The notes: generated by a model from the sequence alone, not told the origin. A stretch of 64,000 bases of DNA from Candidatus Omnitrophota bacterium (GCA_043815445.1 JBDRIY010000054.1:527-64526), one strand, 5' to 3'. Positions 1 through 10,901 are shown, counted from the first letter of the stretch. Translations and numbers: made by a program.

Positions 1-1021
1 AAACACATCTCTTTTCTAATGCTTTTAAAGCTTTGAGTACTTCCGCGGACTCTTTGTGCCCTTCTATATCTACAAAGAAATAATATTCCCAAGCTTTTCT
101 TTTAGAGGGCCGAGATTCTATCTTGGTAAGGTTAACACCACAGCCTTTAAAAGACGAAAGAACATGATAAAGCGCCCCTACTTTATCTTTTACTGCAAAC
201 AAAAGAGAAGTCTTATCATGCCCTGAAGCAGGGCTATCATTCTTAGCAATTATTAAAAATCTTGTATAGTTAGAAGCAGAATCCTCAATGGCTGGACTAA
301 GAATTTTTAAACCATAAAGATTAGCCAGAATTTTATTTCCTATACAGGCGCCCCCGAGATCTTTTTTAGCTTCTTGAGCGGCTTTGGCAGTTGAAAGAGT
401 AGGAACAAGCTCTACCCCCTTTAAAAAACGTGAAATCCATTTTCGGCATTGAGGAAATACTTGAGGGTGAGAATATACTCTTTTTATATCCTTTAAAGAT
501 GTACCTATTAGAACATGAGAAATACTTAAAGTTACTTCGGCGCATATGTTTAAAGGCGAAGAAAAAAACATATCTAAAGTATAGTTAACAACACCTTCTA
601 TAGAATTTTCTATCGGCACAACTCCATAATCAGCTTCACCTCTATCAACTTTATCAAATACATCGCTAATACTTTCAGCAGAAATATAATTAGGCTTTTT
701 ACCGAACTTTTTTATTGCCGCTAAATGAGTAAATGTTCCTTCAGGCCCTAAATAAGCTATAGCTAAGGTTGTCCTTTGCGATCGGCAAATAGATAAAATC
801 TCTCTAAAAACATCTTCTACATCCCAGGAACTAAAAGGCCCGTTATTAATCTTTTTAAGGCGCTTAAGCATGCTTGCTTCTCTTTCCGGAGAATATGTAG
901 AAATTTTATTGGCCTTCTTAACCTTACCAACCTTTATAACCTCTTGAGCTCTTTGGTTAAGAAGAGCCAAAATACCTTCGTCTATCTTATCAATCTTGCC
1001 TCTCAGCTTCTTCAACTCCAT
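1..1021 (-). CDS. pheA: Chorismate mutase/prephenate dehydratase (P-protein), 3' end outside window
   Basis: Hand translation from ATG at 1021: MELKKLRGKIDKIDEGILALLNQRA, then AYLGPEGTFTH, GVVPIENSIEG, YSHPQVFPQC, NYTRFLII, NLTKIESRP. Not in the ORF track because it runs off the edge. Confidence 0.93.
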   Translation of the reverse strand, partial: MELKKLRGKIDKIDEGILALLNQRAQEVIKVGKVKKANKISTYSPEREASMLKRLKKINNGPFSSWDVEDVFREILSICRSQRTTLAIAYLGPEGTFTHLAAIKKFGKKPNYISAESISDVFDKVDRGEADYGVVPIENSIEGVVNYTLDMFFSSPLNICAEVTLSISHVLIGTSLKDIKRVYSHPQVFPQCRKWISRFLKGVELVPTLSTAKAAQEAKKDLGGACIGNKILANLYGLKILSPAIEDSASNYTRFLIIAKNDSPASGHDKTSLLFAVKDKVGALYHVLSSFKGCGVNLTKIESRPSKRKAWEYYFFVDIEGHKESAEVLKALKALEKRCV

Positions 1022-1051
1022 CTCCTTCTCCTCTAATCTCGATTCTAGATA

Positions 1052-1786
1052 CTAATCCCGAAACATTTCCCCTGCCTTCCTCAAAGAATCCAAATGCCCT
1101 ATATCAATCCATCTGCCTTCAAACGTCCATCCAAATACTTTGTCTTTTTCGGAAAGCCATTCTATATATTTACCTGAAGCATCCACACCCGCGTTAGCGT
1201 GAATAAATAGCTTTAATAAATTTAAAGACTGCTCAGGAAAAAAATACACACAAGACGCGGCTAAAGTTGATGGAGGATTTTTAGGCTTTTCTAAAAATTC
1301 AACTACTCTCTTTTTTTTGTTCAATTTAACTATCCCAAACCGCGCCGCTTTTTTCTTAGTTCGGACATCATAAAGCCCTAAAGATGAATGAGGCTTATTT
1401 TTTAAGGCGAATCGGACAAAATTTATTAAATTATCGTCAAAAAGATTATCCCCTCCTAAAACTAACCAATCCGTTTTTATATTTTTTATGGCAAATTTAA
1501 TATCTCCTACCGCGCCCCGCCTATCATCAGGGTTAGCTGAACCATCATTAATGATTTTTGCTTGAACCTTATATTTCTTTTTCCACTTTAAAAAACTTCC
1601 ATAAAATTTATCATTAACTACAATTCTAATCTCTTCTATAGGAAAATGCTTTTTTAAAACCTCTATTTTATCAATTAAATAATTAATCATGGGCTTTTTA
1701 TTCACCGGCAATAAAGGTTTAGCTATCCTTAAAGTCAAAGGATAAAGCCTTGTCCCATAACCAGCCGCTAAAATTACTACCTTCAT
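1052..1786 (-). CDS. Sugar-phosphate nucleotidyltransferase (NTP_transferase family)
   Basis: ILAAGYGTRLYPLT..KPLLP, FLEKP and WIDIG motifs. Confidence 0.85.
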   Translation of the reverse strand: MKVVILAAGYGTRLYPLTLRIAKPLLPVNKKPMINYLIDKIEVLKKHFPIEEIRIVVNDKFYGSFLKWKKKYKVQAKIINDGSANPDDRRGAVGDIKFAIKNIKTDWLVLGGDNLFDDNLINFVRFALKNKPHSSLGLYDVRTKKKAARFGIVKLNKKKRVVEFLEKPKNPPSTLAASCVYFFPEQSLNLLKLFIHANAGVDASGKYIEWLSEKDKVFGWTFEGRWIDIGHLDSLRKAGEMFRD

Positions 1787-1802
1787 GATATATATCCGCG
1801 TC

Positions 1803-3563
1803 TCAAATCATTAACGAATGATAAAGTTCTTCTTTCAAGAGCTTTTTTAATTCGTCATGCAAAACCTTTTCCACTTCTTTAGCGGTAGAAAGCTGCAAAA
1901 TATTTTCAACGATATTCTCAGTATCCTTAAAACTAATGTTATTTATCAACTCTTTTATTTTAGGAACATTAGGGGCGGGCATACTAAAGTTGTCTAACCC
2001 CATTCTCAAAAGTAAAAAGGCAAAAATAGGTTCTCCGGACATCTCTCCGCACATCCCTACAGAAATATCGTTACGATGAGCAGCGTCAACTATACCTTTT
2101 ATCAACTTTAAAACTGCTGGATGGCCGGGCTCATAAAGATAGGCAACTTTTTCATTGGTTCTATCCACGGCTAAAGAATACTGAATTAAATCATTGGTTC
2201 CGATACTAAAAAAATCGCTTTCTTTAGCCAAAGTATCCGCTGTCAAGGCGGCAGAAGGAACTTCAATCATCGTCCCCACAGGAATATTCTCATCAAAATC
2301 CACACCCTCTTTTTTTAACTCCGCCTTACACTCTTTTAAAAGTATTTTTGCTTCTCTAAGCTCTTCTATCCCCGAAATCATAGGAAACATCAATTTTACA
2401 TTTTTGCCGACAGATGACCTTAGAATGGCTCTTAACTGCGTTTTAAAAACTTCCGGCCGGGCCAAGCAAAATCTAATTGCCCTCCAACCTAAAAAAGGGC
2501 TAATTTCTTTGGGAACCTGAGGCTGAGAAAGAAACTTATCTCCTCCAATATCAATTGTTCTAAAAATTACTGAATGGCTCTTTATGCCTTTTGCTACTTT
2601 AGAATAAGCCTTATACTGCTCCTCTTCCGAAGGCAGCTCTTTTCTTCCTAAAAAAATATACTCTGTCCGATAAAGGCCTATTCCCTCTGCTCCATATTTC
2701 TTAACTAAAGGAATTTCTTCAGGAAGCTCTATATTCGCGGAAACCATTCTTTCTACCCCGTCAGTAGTACAAGCTCTAAGAGCTTTAGGCATATAGATTG
2801 CTTCTATTTCCTTGGTATATATTGTCGATTTTTTTCTATATTCTTTCAATATTTTATCGATAGGGTTAACCATAACTTTACCTGAGGAACCATCAACTAT
2901 AACCTTATCCCCGGTTTTTATATTTATGGTAGCAGTTTCAACCCCCACAACCGCGGGAATTCCTAAACTACGGGCGATGATCGCGGTATGAGAAGTTCTT
3001 CCTCCTACGTCGGTGATAAAACCTAAAATATTTTCCTTAGGAAGAGACGCGGTTTGAGAAGGAGCAAGGTCATGAGCGACAATAATCACTTTTTCTTTTA
3101 AACCGCTTAAGCTTATTGATTTTTCCTTAAGCATTGTCTTTAAAACCCTTCGGGAAATATCTTCAATATCTACCACCCTTTCTCTTAAATATTCATCATC
3201 AAGCTTAAGTAGAGTATCTACATATTTTTCAATACTTCTTGAAAAAGCGCATTCAACGTTTATCTTATCATTCTTAATTTGTTTGATAACATCTTCTATC
3301 AAAACTCTATCTTCTAAAACAAGAAAGTGGGCTTCAAATATTCTCGCGTGGTCAAAACCTATATCCTGAGAAACTTTCTTTTGAAGCTCTGAAATCTGGC
3401 GCCGAGTATCAATCAAGGCTTCTTCAAAGCGGTAAATCTCCCGAGAAATCTCATCATGAGCAATTTTGCGTTTTGGAACAGAAAGCTCATCCTTTCTCAG
3501 AAGTAAAACTCTTCCTATGCCAACTCCTCCGGAAACCGCGATACCTTTTAGTTTAATCATCAT
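1803..3563 (-). CDS. ptsI: PTS enzyme I, phosphoenolpyruvate-protein phosphotransferase
   Basis: GGRTSHTAIIAR phospho-His motif, GIGLYRTE, RTIDIGGDK, FFSIGTNDLIQY, GMCGEM. Confidence 0.96.
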   Translation of the reverse strand: MMIKLKGIAVSGGVGIGRVLLLRKDELSVPKRKIAHDEISREIYRFEEALIDTRRQISELQKKVSQDIGFDHARIFEAHFLVLEDRVLIEDVIKQIKNDKINVECAFSRSIEKYVDTLLKLDDEYLRERVVDIEDISRRVLKTMLKEKSISLSGLKEKVIIVAHDLAPSQTASLPKENILGFITDVGGRTSHTAIIARSLGIPAVVGVETATINIKTGDKVIVDGSSGKVMVNPIDKILKEYRKKSTIYTKEIEAIYMPKALRACTTDGVERMVSANIELPEEIPLVKKYGAEGIGLYRTEYIFLGRKELPSEEEQYKAYSKVAKGIKSHSVIFRTIDIGGDKFLSQPQVPKEISPFLGWRAIRFCLARPEVFKTQLRAILRSSVGKNVKLMFPMISGIEELREAKILLKECKAELKKEGVDFDENIPVGTMIEVPSAALTADTLAKESDFFSIGTNDLIQYSLAVDRTNEKVAYLYEPGHPAVLKLIKGIVDAAHRNDISVGMCGEMSGEPIFAFLLLRMGLDNFSMPAPNVPKIKELINNISFKDTENIVENILQLSTAKEVEKVLHDELKKLLKEELYHSLMI

Positions 3564-3819
3564 TACTCTCTAGAAAATTCTTTAACTCACTCATAGCAAC
3601 GCTTGCGTCGCTGCCTTCTATAGATACTTTTACCGCCATACCGTTATTAATCCCTAAACTTAATATTGCTATTATTGATTTTCCGTCAACAATCTCCCCA
3701 TCTTTCTCCAGCCAGACAGAAGAATTAAATTTATTGGCCCGCTGAACAAAAATAGTAGCTGGCCGGGCATGCAGGCCATGTGCTTTATTGACAATTACTA
3801 GTTCTTCAATTCTTTCCAT
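3553..3819 (-). CDS. ptsH: Phosphocarrier protein HPr
   Basis: HGLHARPA (His15) and DGKSII (Ser46) motifs, 88 aa. Confidence 0.95.
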   Translation of the reverse strand: MERIEELVIVNKAHGLHARPATIFVQRANKFNSSVWLEKDGEIVDGKSIIAILSLGINNGMAVKVSIEGSDASVAMSELKNFLESNDD

Positions 3820-5060
3820 TTTCTTTTATTATAATAATTATAAATATTCATGATTTCTTTAGCTGTCTTTTTTGAATCATGACGTAAATAATTTTCCTTA
3901 CTTACAACATCAGCTTCAAAAACTTTTATGCCCATTGTTTTTAATCTTTCCCGGTCAAAAACAATAGGAAACGACTTCTCCTTGGCGTAATTAACAAGCA
4001 AACGATATTTAAGCCGGCCGGAACTCACTAAACAACTGTTAACAACTCTTTTTTTAGCATGTTTCATAATCATATTAAGATGATCAGAGGCTGTAAAACC
4101 ATCGGTTTCGCCATGCTGAGTCATAACATTACAAAGATACAATTTAATACTGTTATGCTGAGCAATAGTTTCGCTGATCTCTTCTATAAGAAGATTAGGG
4201 AGAATGCTGGTAAACAAGCTTCCCGGGCCGAAAATTATTATTTCCGCTTTTTTTATGGCCTCAATAACCTCCGGATTAGGTTGAACATCTTCGGGAAGCA
4301 AATATAGTTTTTTAATGAATTTTCCCTCATCAGGAATTTTATCTTCTCCTATCTTAGCTGTTCCATCGCTATATTCAGCCTTAAGCCTAACCTTATCCAA
4401 ACTTGAAGGCAAAACTCTTCCCCTTATAGCTAAAACTATGCTGGATTCTTCTACCGCGGCTTTAAAACTTCCGGTAACTTGAGTCATTGCCGTGATAAAA
4501 AGATTACCGAAACTATGGCCTTTGATTCCGTTGCCTTCTTTAAAGCGGTACTGGAATAAATCCCTCATCAGCTGAGGCGCCTCAGCTAAAGAAACAAGGC
4601 AATTCCTTATATCCCCCGGAGGTAAAATTCCAAACTCCTCTCGAATACGCCCTGAAGAACCCCCTTCATCAGCAACAGCAACTACCGCGGTTATATTGGC
4701 GGTATATTCTTTTAATCCTTCTAAAATTGTAGAAAGCCCTGTTCCTCCTCCGATAGCAACTACTCTCGGCCCCTTAGAAAGAAATCTTTTCTCATAAATT
4801 ACATCTATAAACCCTTTATTTTTACCGGGAAAAATAACTTCAGAAAAGCTTCTAGTAAGAGATTTTATTCCCGCTATAAACCCTACGAAAGAAAGAACAA
4901 ATATAAAAATATCAAATATCTTTAAAACTAAATAAGTATCATAAAAAAATCTTATGGCTGAGAAAACTACAAAAAAGAAACTTAGGGATAATAAGATAAC
5001 CCACCTTTTTATCTTTAATCCGGGATAAAACCATTTTATAACTTTTAGAATTTTTTTCAT
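3798..5060 (-). CDS. yvcK: YvcK/CofD-like gluconeogenesis factor with N-terminal membrane segments
   Basis: VVAIGGGTGLS, ADEGGSSG, PPGDIRNC, GHSFGNL, GPGSLFTS. Confidence 0.9.
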   Translation of the reverse strand: MKKILKVIKWFYPGLKIKRWVILLSLSFFFVVFSAIRFFYDTYLVLKIFDIFIFVLSFVGFIAGIKSLTRSFSEVIFPGKNKGFIDVIYEKRFLSKGPRVVAIGGGTGLSTILEGLKEYTANITAVVAVADEGGSSGRIREEFGILPPGDIRNCLVSLAEAPQLMRDLFQYRFKEGNGIKGHSFGNLFITAMTQVTGSFKAAVEESSIVLAIRGRVLPSSLDKVRLKAEYSDGTAKIGEDKIPDEGKFIKKLYLLPEDVQPNPEVIEAIKKAEIIIFGPGSLFTSILPNLLIEEISETIAQHNSIKLYLCNVMTQHGETDGFTASDHLNMIMKHAKKRVVNSCLVSSGRLKYRLLVNYAKEKSFPIVFDRERLKTMGIKVFEADVVSKENYLRHDSKKTAKEIMNIYNYYNKRKWKELKN

Positions 5061-5533
5061 CGAACTGCCTGTTGCTGCTTATCCAATAAAGCTAAAACCT
5101 CTTCTTCATTTTTGGCGTTTTTTAATCTCTGAATAAGGTATTTATCACGCAGTATGCGCGCTAAAAGCGCTAACATCTTAAGGTGCAAACCTGCCTCTTT
5201 CTGATTAGAAAGGAGAAAAGCAACAATATTAACCGGTTCTTGATCTAAGGAATCAAAATCAAGCCCTTCCGGAGATATACCTAAACAAATTATGATATCT
5301 TTAACTGAGTCAATTCGGGCATGAGGAAAAGCTATGTGCTTACCGATAGCGGTAGAGCCCATATCTTCTCTTTGTAAAACGACTTTTAAAATTTCTTTTT
5401 TCTTTTCTTTAGCTATTTTCTTATTTTGAACAAGATGGTCGAGAATGGTAGAAATAACATTTTTTTTGCTCTTTGGCTTTAAACCTAAAATAACACTTTT
5501 TTTATCTAAATAATTTAAAACGTTTATATCCAT
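5057..5533 (-). CDS. PTS EIIA component (Ntr/Fru family)
   Basis: REDMGSTAIGKHIAFPHAR motif. Likely start ATG 5533 (MDINVL); the longer ORF start runs through a heptamer repeat. Confidence 0.88.
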   Translation of the reverse strand: MDINVLNYLDKKSVILGLKPKSKKNVISTILDHLVQNKKIAKEKKKEILKVVLQREDMGSTAIGKHIAFPHARIDSVKDIIICLGISPEGLDFDSLDQEPVNIVAFLLSNQKEAGLHLKMLALLARILRDKYLIQRLKNAKNEEEVLALLDKQQQAVR

Positions 5534-5630
5534 ACAATAAATTGTTGTTTGTAGTTTGTTGTTTGTGATTCGTGGTTTTTTCTCCTTCTTCCCCAACTAA
5601 CTACAAGCTGCTAACTACAAACTACTATTT

Positions 5631-5707
5631 TGGAGCGGAGGAAGGGAATCGAACCCTCAACCTTCACGTTGGCAACGTGACGCTCTAGCCAATTGAGCTA
5701 CCCCCGC
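5631..5707 (-). tRNA. tRNA-Gly(GCC)
   Basis: GCGGGGGTAGCTCAATTGGCTAGAGC..TCACG-TTGCCAA-CGTGA..GGTTCGATTCCC..CCGCTCCA; cloverleaf, CCA encoded. Confidence 0.96.
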
Positions 5708-5856
5708 AAAGAAAAATGCAAATCATTTCAAATTGCAAATTTAGCATTTAAAATTTTAAGAAGATTTTCCCGCTTCGCTGTCAATCCCGAAGAATTTCAT
5801 AGAAGATTTATTTCTCAAGCTATATGTTTTACTTTCAAAAAATACTGTTTCCTCTA

Positions 5857-5938
5857 TGCGGACGGGGAGAGTTGAACTCCCACCTCTTTCGAGATATGAT
5901 CCTAAGTCATACGCGTCTGCCAATTCCGCCACGTCCGC
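5857..5938 (-). tRNA. tRNA-Leu(TAG)
   Basis: GCGGACGTGGCGGAATTGGCAGACGC..TATGA-CTTAGGA-TCATA, long variable arm, GTTCAACTC; CCA not encoded. Confidence 0.95.
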
Positions 5939-6031
5939 GCCTTACCCTAAATTATGAATCCTATATAAATATTTTTAAAAAACTATATCCAGCATCCAGT
6001 ATCGAGTATCTCGTATCGAGTATCGAAAAAA

Positions 6032-6104
6032 TGAGCCGCCCGAGGGTCGAACTCGGAACACCCGCCTTAAAAGGGCGATGCTCTACCAACTGAGCTAGCG
6101 GCCC
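6032..6104 (-). tRNA. tRNA-Lys(TTT)
   Basis: GGGCCGCTAGCTCAGTTGGTAGAGCA-TCGCC-CTTTTAA-GGCGG..GTTCGACCC; CCA not encoded. Confidence 0.95.
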
Positions 6105-6105
6105 A

Positions 6106-6666
6106 TTAAAATTCTTTTAATTCTTTTTCTTTTTCTTCTAAAATTTTATCTATTAGGCTAATATGTTTATCGGTAAGCTTCTGTAAATCTTCTTCGGAAT
6201 TAAAACGTTGGTCTTCAGCAATCTTTTTATCTTTTTCTAATCCTTTTATTTTATCTTTTCCATCTTTGCGAACTGTCCTAATTGATACTTTCCCTTCCTC
6301 AGTAATCTTTTTAACTATTTTTGCTAAATCACACCTTCTCTCTTCCGACAAAGGGGGCACTATTAATCTAATAATTTTTCCATCATTGATAGGAGTAATG
6401 CCTAATTCAGACTGCAATATAGCTTTTTCAATTTCCTTTAAAGACGTAGGGTCATAAGGGCTTATTACTATCATTCTTGCTTCAGGAATTCCTATTGTTG
6501 CCAGTTCTTTAAGCAAAGTAGGCGTTCCATAATAATTAACCCTAACACCCTCAATCATCTTCGGGTTAGCCCTACCCGAACGAAGTTCAGCCAGCTCCCT
6601 TTTAATAGCCTCGATAGTCTTCTTCATACTTTCTTCTATCTCTTTAAGAACAATTTTGCTAACCAT
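6106..6666 (-). CDS. frr: Ribosome recycling factor
   Basis: LRSGRANP, YYGTPT, PPLSEERR; start ATG 6666 after GGAGG RBS. Confidence 0.96.
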   Translation of the reverse strand: MVSKIVLKEIEESMKKTIEAIKRELAELRSGRANPKMIEGVRVNYYGTPTLLKELATIGIPEARMIVISPYDPTSLKEIEKAILQSELGITPINDGKIIRLIVPPLSEERRCDLAKIVKKITEEGKVSIRTVRKDGKDKIKGLEKDKKIAEDQRFNSEEDLQKLTDKHISLIDKILEEKEKELKEF

Positions 6667-6680
6667 AAATCCTCCAAAGT

Positions 6681-6871
6681 AAATCCGAAATCCGAATATC
6701 GAAATCCGAAACAAATTCGAATGACCAAAATCCTAATAACCGAAACAATATTCCCCGTTTTGCCTGTCCGCCGTGGCGGGAAAATTTGAACATTCGAATT
6801 TAGAATTTGTTTCGAATTTCGTGCTTCGTATTTCGAATTTATTCATTTTTCTGATTTCGTGCTTCGAATTT
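6681..6871. repeat. Imperfect inverted-repeat element built from (AATCCGA/ATTTCGA)-like heptamers, copy 1
   Basis: Left arm aaatccgaatatcgaaatccgaaacaaat, right arm atttgtttcgaatttcgtgcttcg. Homologous to 14892-15026. Confidence 0.85.
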
Positions 6872-6883
6872 ATTATTCTTTAG

Positions 6884-7597
6884 TTATTTAATAACCGTTC
6901 CTATACTTCCCCCGCAAACTACTTTTTTCAAATTTCCTTCTTTCATAAAATTAAAAACTATAATAGGCAGTTTATTTTCCATACATAGGCTAATGGCTGT
7001 AGCATCCATTATTTTTAACTTTTTATTCATCACTTCCATATAGCTCATTTGTTTAAACATCTTAGCATTTTTATTTTTAAAAGGGTCGCAGGAGTAAACC
7101 CCATCCACTTTTGTGCCTTTAAGTAAGATATCAACCCCCACCTCAATACTTCTTAAGGCCGCGGCCGTATCTGTAGTAAAGTAAGGATTGCCTGTGCCGG
7201 CAACAAAAATTACCACTCTTTTTTTCTCCATATGCCGCACCGCCCGCCTACGAATATAAGGCTCAGCAATCCTCTGCATTCCAATAGCCGTCATAACCCT
7301 GCTGGGAACACCTTGATTTTCTAAAGCGTTCTGAAGAGCTAAACCGTTTATAACTGTCGCTAACATCCCCATATAATCAGCAACAGTTCTTTGCATCTGA
7401 AAATCTTTAGAACGAGAGGCTCCTCTAAAAATATTACCGCCGCCAACAACTAAAGCCATTTCAACACCCGGTTGAATAACCTCTTTAATTTGTTTTGCTA
7501 AATGAGCGCATACTGACGTGTCGATTCCATGAGAATGCTTGCCTAAAAAAGCTTCTCCGCTTAGTTTAAGAAGAACTCTTTTGTATCTGGCTTTCAT
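6884..7597 (-). CDS. pyrH: UMP kinase
   Basis: [28 protein letters not shown]; synteny with tsf and frr. Confidence 0.97.
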   Translation of the reverse strand: MKARYKRVLLKLSGEAFLGKHSHGIDTSVCAHLAKQIKEVIQPGVEMALVVGGGNIFRGASRSKDFQMQRTVADYMGMLATVINGLALQNALENQGVPSRVMTAIGMQRIAEPYIRRRAVRHMEKKRVVIFVAGTGNPYFTTDTAAALRSIEVGVDILLKGTKVDGVYSCDPFKNKNAKMFKQMSYMEVMNKKLKIMDATAISLCMENKLPIIVFNFMKEGNLKKVVCGGSIGTVIK

Positions 7598-7619
7598 GCT
7601 TCTCCCTTTTTAGAGCTTA

Positions 7620-8144
7620 TTAATGCTCTTCTCCCAAAGAAAAACGCGTGAATCTTCTTATCACGATATTTTCTCCGGTTTGAGACACTATCTCCCGCAA
7701 ACAATCTTCTACAGTATTTTTACTATCTTTTATAAAAGGCTGGTTCAAAAGACAATACTGTTTAACGTACTCATCAGGATTTTTTACACTATTTAAAACA
7801 TCCGCGGGAATATCCTCTTTCTTAATATACTCAGGATTAGCCGCGGCTATTTGCATAGCTACATCCTTAACGAACTTTTTAAATTTTTCTGTGCGGGCAA
7901 CAAAATCAGTCTCACAATTTATTTCTACTAATACGCCAAGATTACCTCCGAAATGAACATAAGACTCTACCAAGCCTTGGCTGGCTAATCTTGAGCCTTT
8001 TTTTTGAAGCATCTGAATTCCTTTATTTTTAAGTATTTTTAAGGCTTGGTTAAAATCGCCTTTTGTTTCGCTTAAAGCCTTTTTGCAGTCATTAATGCCT
8101 AAAGAAGTTACTTCTCTTAATTTCTTAATATCACTCAAACCCAT
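7620..8144 (-). CDS. tsf: Elongation factor Ts (short form)
   Basis: IKKLRE..CKKAL, VEINCETDFVAR, GENIVIRRFTR. Confidence 0.96.
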   Translation of the reverse strand: MGLSDIKKLREVTSLGINDCKKALSETKGDFNQALKILKNKGIQMLQKKGSRLASQGLVESYVHFGGNLGVLVEINCETDFVARTEKFKKFVKDVAMQIAAANPEYIKKEDIPADVLNSVKNPDEYVKQYCLLNQPFIKDSKNTVEDCLREIVSQTGENIVIRRFTRFSLGEEH

Positions 8145-8215
8145 CTTATTCCTCCTCTCATATTGAAATTCCCATAAAGACTTATTAGGATTTAACTATT
8201 AAATATTGGAATTTA

Positions 8216-8986
8216 TTATTTATCATTTGGAGTTTCATTATTTTCTGAAATCTCCTTTTCATTTATTTTTTCATCTACTGTTTCTTCATCTGTTTTTTCT
8301 TCTATCGATAGGCCCTCATTAATAGCTTCTATAATAGAAGAAGTTATATATTTTACTGACTTTATAGAATCATCATTTCCCGGAATAGGGTAATTAATGA
8401 TATCCGGATTAGCGTCAGTATCAATCAAAGCTATAATAGGTATATCGAGTTTATTCAGCTCCCGAACGCAAGCAACTTCTTTTTTGGGGTCAACGAGATA
8501 AACACAGCTCGGAAGGCTATCTAAAGCAATGACTCCGCTATAGTTCTTCTCCATTCTTTCTATTTCTCGATTAAGCCGAACCACCTCTTTCCTGGGCCTC
8601 TTATCAAATTCACCCTTTTCTCTTTGATCCAAAAGGTTTATGTATCTGTTTACTCTGCTCCTTATGGTAGAAAAATTAGTGAGCAGGCCCCCGACCCACC
8701 TTTCTACTATATAAGGCATACCACAAGAAACCGCCAACTCTTTTATTTCGCCGCGAAGCTGTTTCTTGGTAGCGACGAAAAGAATTTTCTCTCCGGATTT
8801 TGCCTTTTCCTTAACAAAATCCTTAGCTTCCTGCAATTTTTGAGCTGTTTTTTCCAAATCAATAATATAAACATTCTTCTTCTTACCAAAGATAAACCTT
8901 TTCATTTTAGGATTCCAATGTTTGCTTAAATGCCCAAAGTGAACCCCATTTTCTAACAATTCTCTAATAACTTCAGGTAACGCCAT
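8216..8986 (-). CDS. rpsB: 30S ribosomal protein S2
   Basis: GVHFGH, WNPKM, RWVGGLLTNF, IPGNDD. Confidence 0.97.
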   Translation of the reverse strand: MALPEVIRELLENGVHFGHLSKHWNPKMKRFIFGKKKNVYIIDLEKTAQKLQEAKDFVKEKAKSGEKILFVATKKQLRGEIKELAVSCGMPYIVERWVGGLLTNFSTIRSRVNRYINLLDQREKGEFDKRPRKEVVRLNREIERMEKNYSGVIALDSLPSCVYLVDPKKEVACVRELNKLDIPIIALIDTDANPDIINYPIPGNDDSIKSVKYITSSIIEAINEGLSIEEKTDEETVDEKINEKEISENNETPNDK

Positions 8987-9077
8987 AGTCTTTATTCCTC
9001 CTTTCTAATTAATAAAGTATATCATATATCTTAATATTTTCAATGAGGCCATTAAAAGGCCTCTGTTTTCAGAGCTC

Positions 9078-10901
9078 TCAGGCATAAAATTGTAAATCAT
9101 GCAGCTTTTTATACATGCTATCCCCTGCTAAAAGTTGAGAATGTGTGCCTATTTCAATGATTGAACCTCTGTCCAAAACAACTATCTTATCAGCTTTCTG
9201 CACTGTAGAAAGCCTATGGGCGATAACAAAAGCGGTTTTACCCTTTAAAAGATTATGTAAAGCATCTTTTATCAACTGTTCTGACTCAGAGTCAAGCTGA
9301 CTGGTAGCTTCATCTAATATTAAAATAGGAGAATTTTTAAGGATTGCCCGAGCAATAGCAATCCTCTGCTTTTGCCCTCCTGAAAGCCGCAAACCCCTAT
9401 CTCCAATAACAGTAGCAAAGCCATTAGGCAATTCTTTGATAAACTCAAAAGCATGGGCTTTTTTGGCCGCCTCAATGATTTCTTCCTCACTAGCGTCTAT
9501 TTTTCCATAAGCAATGTTATCCTGAACAGTGGTATTAAAAAGAACCATTTCTTGGGAAACTATAGCTATGAGAGATCTTAAATCTTTTAAAGCGATATCT
9601 TTGATATTCATCCCATCAATAAGAATCAGTCCTTTTTGGGGGTCGTAAAACCGAACAAGTAAGCTTACTAAAGTTGATTTTCCCGCGCCTGAAGGGCCGA
9701 CCAAGGCGATTACTTCTCCCTTTTTTGCTTTAAAATTAATATCTTTTAACACAGAGTCTTCTTCTTTGGCGTACTTAAACCAAACTTTATTAAAATCTAT
9801 CTCTTGCTTAAATTCTTTTAAAGTTAAAGGGTTGCTTATATTCATTACCTTTGGTTTCTCTTCTAAAACATCGTAAATTCTATCTGAAGCAACCATAGCT
9901 TGCTGATTAATAGCATGTACATTAGATAATTTTTTAAGCGGCCGAATCATAGACAAAAGGAAAGCTAAAAAAATACCAAAAACGCCAAAAGATAAATTAC
10001 CTGAAATCACTTCTTTCCCTATGATCCATAGAATCACAACCGCCCCGGAAGCTCCGACAAACTCAGTAAAAGGAGATAAAACTAACATTCTTTTAGCAGT
10101 TTTTAAGGTAAACCGGTAATACTGATGATTAATATTGTTAAACCTGCCTAATTCATAATCCTCACGGCAAAAAGCCTTTACAATATAAGCGCCCTGAATA
10201 GTTTCGGCCATAAGTGAGTTCAAATCAGCCATTTTATTTTGCACCTGAAGAGCAAACTTTTTAATTCTTTTGCCCAGCCTAACCACCGGATACATTATCA
10301 AAGGAAAAATAACAAAAGCAATTAAAGGTAATTTCCAGGAAATTTTAAAACCTATATAAAAGGCTAAAAAAGCAAAAAAGGCCGTTTTCATTGATTCAAA
10401 GATAAGATCCTTTAAGGCATAAGAAATCGCGTTAGTGATGACAGCCACATCATTAGTTATCCTGGACATTAACTCTCCAGTTCTTTTTTTACCGTAAAAA
10501 TCCATAGATAATTCCTGAAACTTAGCGTAAAGCTTACTCCGGACGTCCTTCACAACCCCCTGGCCAACCATATTCACAAGATATTCCTGAAAAAAGATAG
10601 ATATTCCTTTAATAAGAAACAAAGCCGGCATAAAAATAAGCATAAATTTAAGAAATAGCAAAGGTTCTGTCGAATTCAACTTTTCAATTATTGAAGCTAG
10701 AAATTGAGGAAGTTCTCCGGGAATAATTATTTGTTTATTAGTAAGCACCCTGTCTGAAAGAGGCATAATCATCCCTAAGCTGGCGCCTTCAAAAATAGTA
10801 GACACCCCCATACAGAGAGCTGCTAAAAATAAAAATCCCCTATAAGGATAAACGAATTGAAGAAGTTTTAAATATTCTCTAATATACTTTTTCATAACCA
10901 A
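9078..10901 (-). CDS. msbA: MsbA-like lipid A ABC exporter
   Basis: TM domain plus GPSGAGKST, LSGGQKQR, LDEATS; divergent from the lpxB operon. Confidence 0.8.
   Translation of the reverse strand: MVMKKYIREYLKLLQFVYPYRGFLFLAALCMGVSTIFEGASLGMIMPLSDRVLTNKQIIIPGELPQFLASIIEKLNSTEPLLFLKFMLIFMPALFLIKGISIFFQEYLVNMVGQGVVKDVRSKLYAKFQELSMDFYGKKRTGELMSRITNDVAVITNAISYALKDLIFESMKTAFFAFLAFYIGFKISWKLPLIAFVIFPLIMYPVVRLGKRIKKFALQVQNKMADLNSLMAETIQGAYIVKAFCREDYELGRFNNINHQYYRFTLKTAKRMLVLSPFTEFVGASGAVVILWIIGKEVISGNLSFGVFGIFLAFLLSMIRPLKKLSNVHAINQQAMVASDRIYDVLEEKPKVMNISNPLTLKEFKQEIDFNKVWFKYAKEEDSVLKDINFKAKKGEVIALVGPSGAGKSTLVSLLVRFYDPQKGLILIDGMNIKDIALKDLRSLIAIVSQEMVLFNTTVQDNIAYGKIDASEEEIIEAAKKAHAFEFIKELPNGFATVIGDRGLRLSGGQKQRIAIARAILKNSPILILDEATSQLDSESEQLIKDALHNLLKGKTAFVIAHRLSTVQKADKIVVLDRGSIIEIGTHSQLLAGDSMYKKLHDLQFYA

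Noticed and set aside
5693-6093. Plus-strand ORFs 5693-5875 and 5824-6093
   Set aside because: They are antisense to tRNA genes and heptamer repeats, with no protein motifs.
6667-6714. N-terminal extension of frr (MFRISIFGFRI)
   Set aside because: It is a translation of the heptamer repeat; the RBS supports ATG 6666.
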